From Octopus bimaculoides (lineage: Eukaryota), in assembly GCF_001194135.2 (NCBI RefSeq), contig NC_068993.1:11792570-11843821 (forward strand): a stretch of 51,252 bases of DNA, in the 5' to 3' direction. Below, in pieces: positions 24,830 through 36,911 of the stretch (position 1 is the stretch's first letter; the number at the start of each line of letters is the position of its first letter). Under the pieces are notes generated by a model that saw only the letters and a list, made by a program, of their open reading frames with translations, did not search any database and was not told the DNA's origin. Position numbers and translations under genes: made by a program.

Positions 24830-26013
24830 NNNNNNNNNNNNNNNNNNNNNNNNNNNNNNNNNNNNNNNNNNNNNNNNNNNNNNNNNNNNNNNNNNNNNNN
24901 NNNNNNNNNNNNNNNNNNNNNNNNNNNNNNNNNNNNNNNNNNNNNNNNNNNNNNNNNNNNNNNNNNNNNNNNNNNNNNNNNNNNNNNNNNNNNNNNNNNN
25001 NNNNNNNNNNNNNNNNNNNNNNNNNNNNNNNNNNNNNNNNNNNNNNNNNNNNNNNNNNNNNNNNNNNNNNNNNNNNNNNNNNNNNNNNNNNNNNNNNNNN
25101 NNNNNNNNNNNNNNNNNNNNNNNNNNNNNNNNNNNNNNNNNNNNNNNNNNNNNNNNNNNNNNNNNNNNNNNNNNNNNNNNNNNNNNNNNNNNNNNNNNNN
25201 NNNNNNNNNNNNNNNNNNNNNNNNNNNNNNNNNNNNNNNNNNNNNNNNNNNNNNNNNNNNNNNNNNNNNNNNNNNNNNNNNNNNNNNNNNNNNNNNNNNN
25301 NNNNNNNNNNNNNNNNNNNNNNNNNNNATTTGAGCGTAGCTCTTCCTGTCTTTCATTCTCACGGAGTCACTCAAATACTTTAGTTGATAATATCGAGTCC
25401 CTCCTCCCCTAGACTTTCCTTACAATATTGTTAAATAAGAAACTATTGCATCATGAATGTCCCCTCTAAATCTTGCATAATCATCTCATATTTTCTTTCT
25501 CATGCTGTTATCCTAACAAACATGTAATATGGAAATTCGTATTATTCATAATAGTTACAATATTTGTTGACACGTTATTTGCCAATATATATTTTAAAAT
25601 TCAATGTATTTTCTAGATATAAAAATAAACGTGGAATTATTTTAATAATTTTGACTGTACATTGGAAACTAGCCAAACAATGGTTAATTATATAAAACTC
25701 CTATTCTCCTGATGTATTGTAGCTACAGTATTATTCATCTTATATGCTACTTTATTAAACAAAGACATATAACGTGCTATTTTTTTATGGACAGTGCCAA
25801 GGTTTTGTGTAAATAACAAAAGAAACAGTGCTTCGCAAAATACGAAAATTGACACTGCAATTAACTGCTATAGAACATGTATCCAATTTTAAAGCAAATG
25901 GATATATTTTTTAAAACACTCTCTTCGGAAGTTTCTGGATGATGAAGTGTGTACCTCCTTAGTTGACGAACACATCGTAAGTAGAACTTGATAATCTATG
26001 GAGAAACTTTCCT

Positions 26014-26014
<1 letters not shown>

Positions 26015-26061
<47 letters not shown>

Positions 26062-26155
26062 CCTGTCTGTATATCTGTCGGTCTATTTATCTATGTATGT
26101 ATGTATCTATTTATCTATCAATCGATCTATCTACCTATCTATCTACTTATCTATC
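26015..26155. repeat. (TATC)n microsatellite, degenerate
   Basis: Direct read. Confidence 0.92.
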
Positions 26156-26319
26156 TGGGCAGATGATTTTCTCTCTCTCCCCTCTCTCCCTCTCCCTCTC
26201 TCTATCCCGGTACGTACAAAATATATACGTATACATGTGCAATTTCTTCTGCAATTTCTTACTGTCCAACAACACAGATGATTTACTCATAGTGATCAAA
26301 TGTTAAGCAGTAGATTGAA

Positions 26320-26500
26320 AGAAGGGGATAGGCCGATTGCATCAGAACCAGTGTTAAAGTGGTACTTATTATATCGCACCCCAAAATGATGCGCGATAAA
26401 GTCGACCTTGGCTGAATTTGAAATCAGAACTTAAGGACGGAGGAAACGCAGCCAAGCAATTTTGCCATGCGTGCTAGCGAAACTATCAGCTTGTCGCCTT
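26320..26500 (-). mobile_element. Family B SINE, diverged
   Basis: ggtacttattatatcg...aaagtcgaccttggctgaatttgaaatcagaac...gcgtgctagcga...gtcgcctt. Confidence 0.8.
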
Positions 26501-27316
26501 CATTGTCACTCCAATGTAAGAAAAAAAAAAACACAGATTAGATAAGGCAAAAAAGTGTCTATCGTTGGTGCTCGCTTCATACAGCCTAAGATTTCTTTCC
26601 ATTAAAATATGGCGACGCATCTGAAATGTGTCGAAATAATTGCCAATATTTTGATACTCCTCTTCAAATCATATGTTCAAATCTTAGTTCTGTAAAATAC
26701 GTTATGCTGATTCCTTTAAAGAATTATTAGTTGCATAATACAGTTTTCCTCAACTGGTTTCAGCCCTCACAGAATCTACTTCGTAATGTGCTTAAATATG
26801 AAATGGTATTTTTTTTATTACAATTCTACTAGAATTTTCAATAACAATAATCCTTCCTTTTTTTTCAGTCATTAACATCTTTCTTTCAACCTACATGTGA
26901 TTTCACAATCATTGTATTTATACTTATATGTAAAAATAATGGCGAAGTCTTGGAAAATATATAGTCGGCTATATTCCAACCACTATATCATTATATATAA
27001 TTTAATTTTACAAACAATGCTATGCTTAGTTGATACATTTTATTTCACTCGACAAATCCTATACCAACCTATTATATTCACCATTTATATATATGTTATC
27101 TTCGTTGTATATGTCACATTATATCAATATGACTATTGCAACAACAGTTTAAGTTTCAGTTTTAACACAATGATTACAATACTGTCTTGAGGATGATTAT
27201 TCTAAATATACCGACGTAATGTATGAGTTGAATTTGCCTGTGTTTGTCACTCAACTATGAATCATACGGAGGATAAAAATCGAATGGACACTAAAATCAA
27301 TATTATTTCTTTTGTT

Positions 27317-27494
27317 AAGGCGGCGAGCTGGGCGAATCGTTAGCATATCGGGCAGTATACTTAGCGGCATTTTGTCCATCGTTACGTCCATCATTATTTC
27401 AAATACCGTCGCGCTCGACTTGCTTTGTATCCTTTCGATCGATGAAATAAGAAACCCCTACTTTGGTGGTCTCGTGTCAAATTTTTGAAACCAG
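27317..27494 (+). mobile_element. Family B SINE
   Basis: aaggcggcgagctgggcgaatcgttagca head; ends gtgtcaaatttttgaaacca. Confidence 0.8.
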
Positions 27495-27510
27495 TATTAA
27501 AATTCATCTA

Positions 27511-27726
27511 AAGCCTACGGCCGCACAGGATTGTCTGCACGCCGGGAAAAAAGGCTTAACAGTATTTCTTCCAGGATTACGCTCTGTGTTCAAATTCTAC
27601 AGAGGTCACATCTGCTTTCATTCTATCACGATCGACAAAATAAATATCAGTTAAAGACTGAAATCGATCTAATCGGCTTCCTCCTCTCCCTTCAATTACA
27701 GTCTATGTCCAAAATGTTGAAACCAA
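27511..27726 (+). mobile_element. Family B SINE, second tandem copy, diverged
   Basis: gcacgccgggaaaaaaggcttaacagtatttc...gttcaaattctacagaggtcac...tcgacaaaataaatatcagtt...atcgatctaatcggct...aaaatgttgaaacca. Confidence 0.72.
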
Positions 27727-27990
27727 ATTCTTTCTTATATTCATTATTTCACATTTAAATCTCATCGTTGGTCTCAGAGAATGAGGGAAAAGTATTCACT
27801 ATTTCTTTTCATTTAGCACATTTTAAATTATATGAAAAAACAATAAATCGTTTACTTCTCTACAACCAAAATCACGACATACGGATTAACGTTCGAAATA
27901 TCTATTTTTGATACCGTATCATAACATGGATAGTATGGATTTATCCAGTATACATATGTATTTCATCTATTCATAAATTCGTGCCTAAAT

Positions 27991-28205
27991 ATTCTTTTCT
28001 ACTCTAGGCACAAGGCCCGAAATCTTAGAGGAGGGGGCCAGTCGTTTAGATCGACCACAGTACATAACTGGTACTTAATTTATCGACCCCGAAGTTTGAA
28101 AAGCAAAGTTAACCACAGTAGAATTTGAACTCAGAACGTAAAGACAAACGAAATACTGCTAAGCATTTCGCCCGACGCGCTAACGTTTCTGCCAGTTCGG
28201 TGCTT
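27991..28205 (-). mobile_element. Family B SINE, near full-length, well preserved
   Basis: cttttctactctaggcacaaggcccgaaat...actggtacttaatttatcgacccc...gaatttgaactcagaacgtaa...gctaagcatttcgccc...gctaacg. Confidence 0.92.
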
Positions 28206-29148
28206 CAACAATGCGATGCTTCAAAAGTAAAGAGAAGATAAAAAAAGAAGACATATGTAGACAAGTATTGAAGCATTAGTATTCTCGTTGAAGGAGAAAA
28301 TAACCTTAATGAACATATCACTGTCTTCTTACCGTTTACATCACACTCCTAATGCTAAATATACAAACTTACTCAAAATGCCAATTTCCAGTCAACGGTC
28401 TCATACGTTCGGAACTCACTTCACGACAGAACACAATCACAGACATTATCCAGAAGCCACAACTACACATTTTCACATGAGTCTACTGCAACATTTTGAT
28501 ATATAAACGACTCGCTCGACTGCATTACGCACTGCCCAATACGAGTATCGAACTCACGAATTCACAGTTGGAACCATAGCCTCATAACCACCAGCCACAC
28601 AACCTTGCTCCTATTTACATGAGTAGCGCAAATTATGCTAATTCTTCCGCAGCTGACAGCGTTGTGTTATTTATTCACCAAGTGAAACTACACTCTGAAA
28701 GCATTATCGTAGAATCGACATACACGCCTTTGGCTTCTACTTGTTAATAATACACGATGAAAATATAAATATTAATTCATTTGTCACATAATTGAACAGC
28801 ATCTACGATAATGTAATTAATTTATGAATGGACTATATTAGAAGTAATTACACCTAACGCAAGTAATAGAGAACTTCAGCAATATAAGTTGTAAGGTCAA
28901 ATATGCAAGGCACATAAATCTGTACTTTTAATGGTAATAGTTTTAACGTAGATGAGTTAAAATTATACGTAGAACTAATAGTTGCACGCATAAATGTTAC
29001 ATCTCTATTTTGCTCTCGCCAATAAATGCGCAACTTATGTACGGCTGAGTTTACTTTGAACATAATTAGATTACAAAGAAACGACAATGTATGCTTAATT
29101 GAATATAAGCAGAATGAAGCAACACTAAAAGTCTATGTGTGTGTGTAT

Positions 29149-29180
29149 AGCTAGATAGATAGATAGGTAGATAGATAGAT

Positions 29181-29221
<41 letters not shown>

Positions 29222-29235
29222 NNNNNNNNNNAAAT

Positions 29236-29275
<40 letters not shown>

Positions 29276-29280
29276 GTAGA
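29149..29280. repeat. (GATA)n microsatellite with a 10-N gap
   Basis: Direct read. Confidence 0.93.
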
Positions 29281-29311
29281 TATAAATATATATCGATATA
29301 TTATTATTTTT

Positions 29312-29357
29312 TTACTTGATCAGTCATTTGACTGCAGCAATGCTGGAGCACCGCCTT
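29312..29357 (-). mobile_element. Family A SINE terminal stub
   Basis: cagtcatttgactgcagcaatgctggagcaccgcctt is the reverse complement of the A 3' end. Confidence 0.8.
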
Positions 29358-29363
29358 GTCCAC

Positions 29364-29520
29364 TGGTTGTGTGGTAAGCAGCAGGTTCCCCAGGAACATG
29401 GTTCTGGGTTCAGTCCCTCTGCGTGGCAACTTGGGCTAGTGCCTGCTACTATACTTTAGGGCCGACCAATGTCTTGTGAGTGGTTCTGGTAGACGGAAAT
29501 GGAAATAAGCCCATTGTGTA
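29364..29520 (+). mobile_element. Family A SINE 5' half
   Basis: tggttgtgtggtaagcagc...ggttctgggttcagtccctctgcgtggcaacttggg...gtgagtgg...ggtagacggaaa. Confidence 0.85.
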
Positions 29521-29640
29521 TGCATATATACACAATCCAGATATGATGGCAACATCTGCCTGTGCAAACTGTATTAAAATAAATTGGATCCGCGCAAGTG
29601 TAATCAAACGGTGGCCATTTTCGTGAAACAGTAACTATTT

Positions 29641-30292
29641 TACCGTCCCAAATTATTAGGCAAGTTCCCCATAAAAATGTTATTATGGGTCAAAAACGTG
29701 ATTTAACATCAAATGAGAAGTCCACCATCGTCTCAGAGCTTCGATGCACAAAAACGACATTGGAAATATCAAAGATCCTGAGACGAGATCATTGAACCGT
29801 GAACAAAATTGTGGAGTCTTCTGATGTCTGTTGGAGGACTGACAAGGGTACATTGAGGGTTGTTTCCAGGCGTACCCTGTCGAGCATAACGAGGCAAGTT
29901 GCAAAGAACAAGTGTGTCACTTGCCGAGAAGTGTTTAAGCGTTGTGATAGGGAAGGCATTTCGAAATCTACCAGGTGTCGCGCCCTGAAGCAGGTAGTCA
30001 ATAACGTAAAACCTGTTACAAGACCTCTTCTAGAAGCCTACATGAAGATAGACTTTTTTCAAAAGTCCTCTTCATTGACGAATGCACAACTACCCCGGCA
30101 GACCAGATGGGTGGAGTAAAAGATGGATTGCAATTAGCAGAAATTGTCCTCATCGTTTGAGACGCCAACAAAGGGAGGCGGCGTCATGATTTGAACTGGC
30201 ATCATTAGAGACAAGTGGGTTGGTCCTTGGAAATTTCCTGATGGAATTAAGAAGACATCTAATGCCTATGTTGCCTTACTGATATTGTTACC
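29641..30292 (+). mobile_element. Decayed Tc1-like transposon, TRT/DD37E-like: left TIR and N-terminal ~60% of the transposase pseudogene
   Basis: TA plus ccgtcccaaattattaggcaagt TIR; ATG at 29685, MGQKRDLTSNEK...ISKILRRDH*TV...TDKGTLRVVS...STRCRAL...KP; VLFIDEC, PDGWS, RLRRQQ, GGVMI*TGI, GPW..PDGIK. Breaks off before the second catalytic Asp. Confidence 0.88.
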
Positions 30293-31414
30293 TATAGATA
30301 CCCGGACCAACATTCTAAGTATGTTCGTGGAGACTGTATGCGCACGTAGAGACATATGTGTATTCATTGCTCAAGCATATTCAGCGGCCTCTGCAAAGAA
30401 GCACTCAAGGAAAAGATATGTGAATATGTCAATTTGTGTACAAATGTGCATCTGCTTATATATATGTACACACGTATCACATATTATTGCTATTTGTACA
30501 CACACATGCATATGCGATTTATTTTTATGAACACGTATACGCATATGCAGTCAGGAATGCTACTGAAAATGTAGATGTTGGATGTTTTTGACTTATGCAT
30601 ATGTATGCATACATTTGTTTCCATATCGGAAAGTGTGTATAAGCAGTTATCACGTGCACACCTTTTCATGATTGGTGCTGAGTTACTTCGGAACGTATCC
30701 AAGTTCCCTTATAATTATAACCATAAATCTAAAGGTAGAGTCCATGTGGACTGACTGCAATTTTCTCATTATTTCCGATTAGTGGATTTCATGTTCAGTA
30801 TATGTTAACATTATGTTAACATTTACTGGTGACCTGATTTCTTCCACTCTGCAAAATTACCTACCTCCCTTTGTCTCAAATCAGTATGCCTTGTCTCAAA
30901 TGCTTGCATATTACTTCGGTCATGAGAGAAACGTTCTACCAATAATCTTTCATATTATGCGCGATAATGTCCTCTATATTATTGTGCCTTCCTATAATTG
31001 CATTATGATGTTTTGAAGCTTTCTACCTACTGCAATACACAGCATACTATCAACCACATCATATCATATATATAGACAAAAGATGGATCACATTTTCTGA
31101 TGTCTGCTTATAATAGAGCGGTATCCTCAGCTTTAATTTCTTAGAAAATATTTCGGCTGTCGAATCTAATTTGTAACACACACTTGTCTAGTAGGTCTTT
31201 TTATTACCTCTAAACACCCTTCTAAGTTGTTATAGAAGAATACTAGTGTTAGGTATTGTTCTTGTGTTGGCTTATATGATGAATATATGTATGTATGCTC
31301 ATCAAGGAATATATGTACATCACTCCTACATACATACACACATAAATACGTACATGCATACGTACATAAATGCATTCACACACACATATATACATACCTA
31401 TGGTATTCAAGTAA

Positions 31415-31446
31415 GGCCGCAGTCAAATGACTCAAACAGGTAAAAG
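31415..31446 (+). mobile_element. Family A SINE 3' stub
   Basis: ggccgcagtcaaatgactcaaacaggtaaaag. Confidence 0.7.
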
Positions 31447-32889
31447 TATAAAATGATATATACATATATANNNNNNNNNNNNNNNNNNNNNNNNNNNNNN
31501 NNNNNNNNNNNNNNNNNNNNNNNNNNNNNNNNNNNNNNNNNNNNNNNNNNNNNNNNNNNNNNNNNNNNNNNNNNNNNNNNNNNNNNNNNNNNNNNNNNNN
31601 NNNNNNNNNNNNNNNNNNNNNNNNNNNNNNNNNNNNNNNNNNNNNNNNNNNNNNNNNNNNNNNNNNNNNNNNNNNNNNNNNNNNNNNNNNNNNNNNNNNN
31701 NNNNNNNNNNNNNNNNNNNNNNNNNNNNNNNNNNNNNNNNNNNNNNNNNNNNNNNNNNNNNNNNNNNNNNNNNNNNNNNNNNNNNNNNNNNNNNNNNNNN
31801 NNNNNNNNNNNNNNNNNNNNNNNNNNNNNNNNNNNNNNNNNNNNNNNNNNNNNNNNNNNNNNNNNNNNNNNNNNNNNNNNNNNNNNNNNNNNNNNNNNNN
31901 NNNNNNNNNNNNNNNNNNNNNNNNNNNNNNNNNNNNNNNNNNNNNNNNNNNNNNNNNNNNNNNNNNNNNNNNNNNNNNNNNNNNNNNNNNNNNNNNNNNN
32001 NNNNNNNNNNNNNNNNNNNNNNNNNNNNNNNNNNNNNNNNNNNNNNNNNNNNNNNNNNNNNNNNNNNNNNNNNNNNNNNNNNNNNNNNNNNNNNNNNNNN
32101 NNNNNNNNNNNNNNNNNNNNNNNNNNNNNNNNNNNNNNNNNNNNNNNNNNNNNNNNNNNNNNNNNNNNNNNNNNNNNNNNNNNNNNNNNNNNNNNNNNNN
32201 TGTGTATGTGAATATATATATATATATAAGTGGAAATATTTGAAGGACAAACGTGAGACAAAGTGTTTAAGTATTTTAATAAAATGCTCTTGTTTAAAAA
32301 AAAAATAAACCGTCAGAAAAAAAATTACTTCCCCGAATTCTGAAACCAAACATAATACGCGAAATAGCGTGAGTGATTGCTTCAATAATATTTGCATTTT
32401 CTATTAATATTCGCTTCTCCAATCTCAGCTGTAAAGCGGAATGTTTAATTTAGCCGGTGTTCCCTCATTAGGTAAAAACACTTAGAAACTATTCACGCAA
32501 AAAATGAACGACAGAGATTTTATATATACAAAGCCGTTTTTCAGAAATGCCGATATTGATATAAGTATATGTAGCTTATATAGTGGGAATCAATATCTGT
32601 AGGAATGGTTCAGTGGCGAAAACAACAATTATCAGAGATCGCAGTGAACTGAGACCTAATGCCAATCAGAGACCTATAGAATGTTGATTATGAGTTTTCG
32701 TGCTATTCAAGCAAGAAATTATTGTATGTACAGCCAAAGATGTTGCTAGTTGGCCTGAGTTCAAAACTGAATGAATCTACAATTATGACATCTTTGCTTT
32801 TGTTTCTTATATTATATGCCATTTTTTTTACCTTTCACTTAATATCGATGTCATGTCGAATGATTTGCTAAAGTATCTCCTCCTCTTAT

Positions 32890-33041
32890 TCTCTCTCCCT
32901 CTCTCTCTCCCTCTCCCTCTCTCTCCCTCTCCCTCTCCCTCTCTCTCTCCCCCTCTGTGTGTATATATATATATACACACATACATGTATATATACATAC
33001 ATATATTCATATATATATACGTATATATATATATGTACGTA

Positions 33042-33079
<38 letters not shown>

Positions 33080-33122
33080 NNNNNNNNNNNNNNNNNNNNN
33101 NNNNNNNNNNNNNNNNNNNNNN

Positions 33123-33164
<42 letters not shown>

Positions 33165-33165
33165 T

Positions 33166-33215
<50 letters not shown>

Positions 33216-33240
33216 AACATGTATGTATGTGTGTATGTAT
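32890..33240. repeat. (TC)n, (TA)n and (CA)n compound microsatellite with a gap
   Basis: Direct read. Confidence 0.92.
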
Positions 33241-34090
33241 TACAGCCACAGCCTGTCACAAGTTTTATGTTCATACTCACGAATTCAGGATTGCACATAC
33301 ACTCACACACGCAAGCATACGCAGTCGGAACACAAGCGTATACGTTTATACATTTACGCGTAAACATACGCATATGCACACGCATATGCACAAACTAACA
33401 AAAACGGTGATACATTTCTTTCGTCTCCCAACCAGCGAAACACTATTTGTGAGCCAGCCATCCATACATCCATTCTGTCTAAAATTTCTTTGCTCGATGA
33501 TCTTTACATTTCAGTTAATGAATATATTTTTTTCAGTTATTTTAATGTGTCACTTTTGTTGCAATTTTTTTCTTCCCTTTTTCTAAACATGGATAGCGGT
33601 TCTTAAAAGAAATATATAAAAAAAGATTGAATGTTTAAATATGTAATTTGTTTTTAAATGGAAATCGCTAAAAACAACCAACTCACTTAGTCATATCAGT
33701 TTTATAGTTTGCAGTTTAATTATCACGAAATGCTCATTCTAACAACTAAAGCATGTAAGCAACTCGAACAAAAATTGATCTAATTCGGGACGTATAGCAA
33801 TTGATTATGATATTGCTTGTACATTTATATTGAGTTCTAATATATTTGGAATCATAGAAAAATTTACAGAAATCCAGAGAGCGAAACGGTTTCAGTTCCA
33901 GATTGAACACAATTCTATTTATGCAACAAACATAAGAGGATCGCTCTTTTCTTATTTACAATAAGCTTGAAGAGAAATTAAGCTGAGTAGCATATCAAAA
34001 TATGTTGTGAATATACATTGATGTGTTTTTTTTTTTACATATAAACATATGCATATATGTACGTGGACTGTGAGTGTGATGTATGTGTGT

Positions 34091-34244
34091 GTGGCTGTGT
34101 AGTAAAAAGTTTGCTTCCCAGACACACGGTCCCTGGTCAGTGCCACTGCGCGGTGTCTAATACAGCCTCGGGCTAACCTCAGCCGTGTGAGTGGATTTGA
34201 TAGACGAAAACAGAATGAATATATATATATGTGTGTGTGTGTGT

Positions 34245-34302
<58 letters not shown>

Positions 34303-34515
34303 GTGTGTATGTGAGTGTTCGTGCGTCTGTGTCTGTATTCCAACTCCGCTTGAAAATCATCTCGTGTGTTTTTTCCTCCCTCTAACTTAGCAGGTGTTGA
34401 AAAGAACTGATGGAATAAGTACTTACGTTAGAAAAAAAAGTATTACTGGTGTTGATTCGTTTAAGTAAAATCGACTAGCCCCTTCACCCAAAATTACTGG
34501 CCTTGTACTAAAATT
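34091..34515 (+). mobile_element. Family A SINE body with a family B-type tail (chimeric)
   Basis: A head gtggctgtgtagtaaaaagtttgcttccca..., internal (TG)n, ggaataagtact..., then tcgactagccccttcacccaaaattactggccttgtactaaaattt (B tail). Confidence 0.7.
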
Positions 34516-35910
34516 TCAGGCCAATAATATTATCGATTTTATTTTAATATATGATGCAATAAAGCATTTTCGAACCTTTTCTTAATTATTTACAGATATG
34601 TTTTAGATTCACATTTGATCGTCCTTTTACATGGGAGACTGGACAGCGATATTGAGTGGAGCTTTGTCTTCATTACATTGTCTTCATTACGTACGAAATC
34701 TTCGCAAAATCGTTGATTTAATACGATGATTTACGAGACTATTATCACATTAATATACAACCATATGTCTAACTGTGTCGAAAATAATAGTAATTTCATA
34801 TGTAACTTTGGAAGCACAGAGACGATATTGTTGCCGCTTAAATGAGCATACCATACTACATTGATGGAAGTTTGGTAGATTATCTGCGAACGCTGTTATT
34901 AAACCAGGAATCCCTAGGACAGTTATAGGTGTATGCATATATTTATGCGTGTATATATATNNNNNNNNNNNNNNNNNNNNNNNNNNNNNNNNNNNNNNNN
35001 NNNNNNNNNNNNNNNNNNNNNNNNNNNNNNNNNNNNNNNNNNNNNNNNNNNNNNNNNNNNNNNNNNNNNNNNNNNNNNNNNNNNNNNNNNNNNNNNNNNN
35101 NNNNNNNNNNNNNNNNNNNNNNNNNNNNNNNNNNNNNNNNNNNNNNNNNNNNNNNNNNNNNNNNNNNNNNNNNNNNNNNNNNNNNNNNNNNNNNNNNNNN
35201 NNNNNNNNNNNNNNNNNNNNNNNNNNNNNNNNNNNNNNNNNNNNNNNNNNNNNNNNNNNNNNNNNNNNNNNNNNNNNNNNNNNNNNNNNNNNNNNNNNNN
35301 NNNNNNNNNNNNNNNNNNNNNNNNNNNNNNNNNNNNNNNNNNNNNNNNNNNNNNNNNNNNNNNNNNNNNNNNNNNNNNNNNNNNNNNNNNNNNNNNNNNN
35401 NNNNNNNNNNNNNNNNNNNNNNNNNNNNNNNNNNNNNNNNNNNNNNNNNNNNNNNNNNNNNNNNNNNNNNNNNNNNNNNNNNNNNNNNNNNNNNNNNNNN
35501 NNNNNNNNNNNNNNNNNNNNNNNNNNNNNNNNNNNNNNNNNNNNNNNNNNNNNNNNNNNNTATATATATATATATATATGTACATTTGATCGAAACTCAG
35601 AAATCATGCACTTTAATGTATTTGTTTCGAATGAGAAGCAAAGCATTTTATAACTTGCGTGTGTAAATAATTCTTTCCATGAACATTCTCACTCTGGATG
35701 AATTATAATGACAAATATCACTAATTTCTGCAATATTATCCTTATCTATACGCAAAGCGTATTTCACTGTTGTATTCATTTCCGTTTACTGGTATACGAG
35801 TAGTAGCGTTGAATATATACCATAGAGTTAGGTTATAGTAAGTTTTAGGAGGGGCAAACAAGAATGCCTCGTAATCGACGTTGCTGTATCAGATCAAGAT
35901 ATTGTCATGA

Positions 35911-36340
35911 AAGGCGGTGAGCTGGCAGAAGCTTTAGCATGCCGGGCGAAATGCTTAGCGATGTTTCGTCTGCCGTTACCGTCTGAGTTCAAATTCCACC
36001 GAGTCGACTTTGCCTTTCATTTTTTCTGGGTTGATAAATTAAGTACCAGTTACGCACCGGAGTCGATGTAATCGACTTAATCCCTTTGTCTGTCCTTGTT
36101 TGTCCCCTCTATGTTTATCCCCTAGTGGGCAATAAAGATACAAGAATCGTTAGCGAAGTTCTTAGCGTGTTTCTTCTGTCTTTACCTTCTAAGTTCAAAT
36201 TCGGCCGAGGTCGACTTTGCATTTCATCCTTTCGTGGTCGATAAATTAAGCATCAGTTGCGTACCGAGAAATCGATCTAACTGACTGGCCCCCGCCCGCA
36301 ACATTTCTTGTCTTGTGCCTGGAGTAGAAAAGGATATTAT
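35911..36340 (+). mobile_element. Family B SINE head-to-tail dimer
   Basis: Monomer 1 (35911-36143) ends taatccctttgtctgtcc...gggcaataaag; monomer 2 (36144-36335) starts gaatcgttagc and ends ctggcccc...gtgcctggagtagaaaagg. Confidence 0.9.
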
Positions 36341-36805
36341 CATGAANNNNNNNNNNNNNNNNNNNNNNNNNNNNNNNNNNNNNNNNNNNNNNNNNNNNNN
36401 NNNNNNNNNNNNNNNNNNNNNNNNNNNNNNNNNNNNNNNNNNNNNNNNNNNNNNNNNNNNNNNNNNNNNNNNNNNNNNNNNNNNNNNNNNNNNNNNNNNN
36501 NNNNNNNNNNNNNNNNNNNNNNNNNNNNNNNNNNNNNNNNNNNNNNNNNNNNNNNNNNNGCGAAAGTGTGGCAGGTGCGAGAGTTAAACATAAATTTTGT
36601 CATCGGGGTTCAATTTCACCTAACCTGAAAAACAAAAATCTGTAAACTTTAGAAATACCTTACAATCTAGGTGTTTTGCAAAAAAATGGCATTGCTTGGA
36701 ACAGTTCGCATAGTGCGTAAAGTACTGCCTTACTGTTCTTGTTCTGACTTGACAGACAGTACAAAGCCCCGGTATGCACAATATCTTCAATTAACAACAT
36801 CACGA

Positions 36806-36851
36806 AATTCGATGCTGTGTGACGTCTTAAATAATAATAATAATAATAATG

Positions 36852-36907
<56 letters not shown>

Positions 36908-36911
36908 TAGA
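36806..36911 (+). mobile_element. Ultra-short retroposon 3' stub with (AAT)n tail between 29-bp direct repeats
   Basis: cacaatatcttcaatYaaMaacatcacga at 36777-36805 and 36912-36940 (2 mismatches) flanks aattcgatgctgtgtgacgtcttaa(ata)n. Confidence 0.7.

Noticed and set aside
32630-32665. gagatcgcagtgaactgaga resembling Alu/7SL
   Set aside because: Under 25 nt of similarity with no surrounding 7SL structure.
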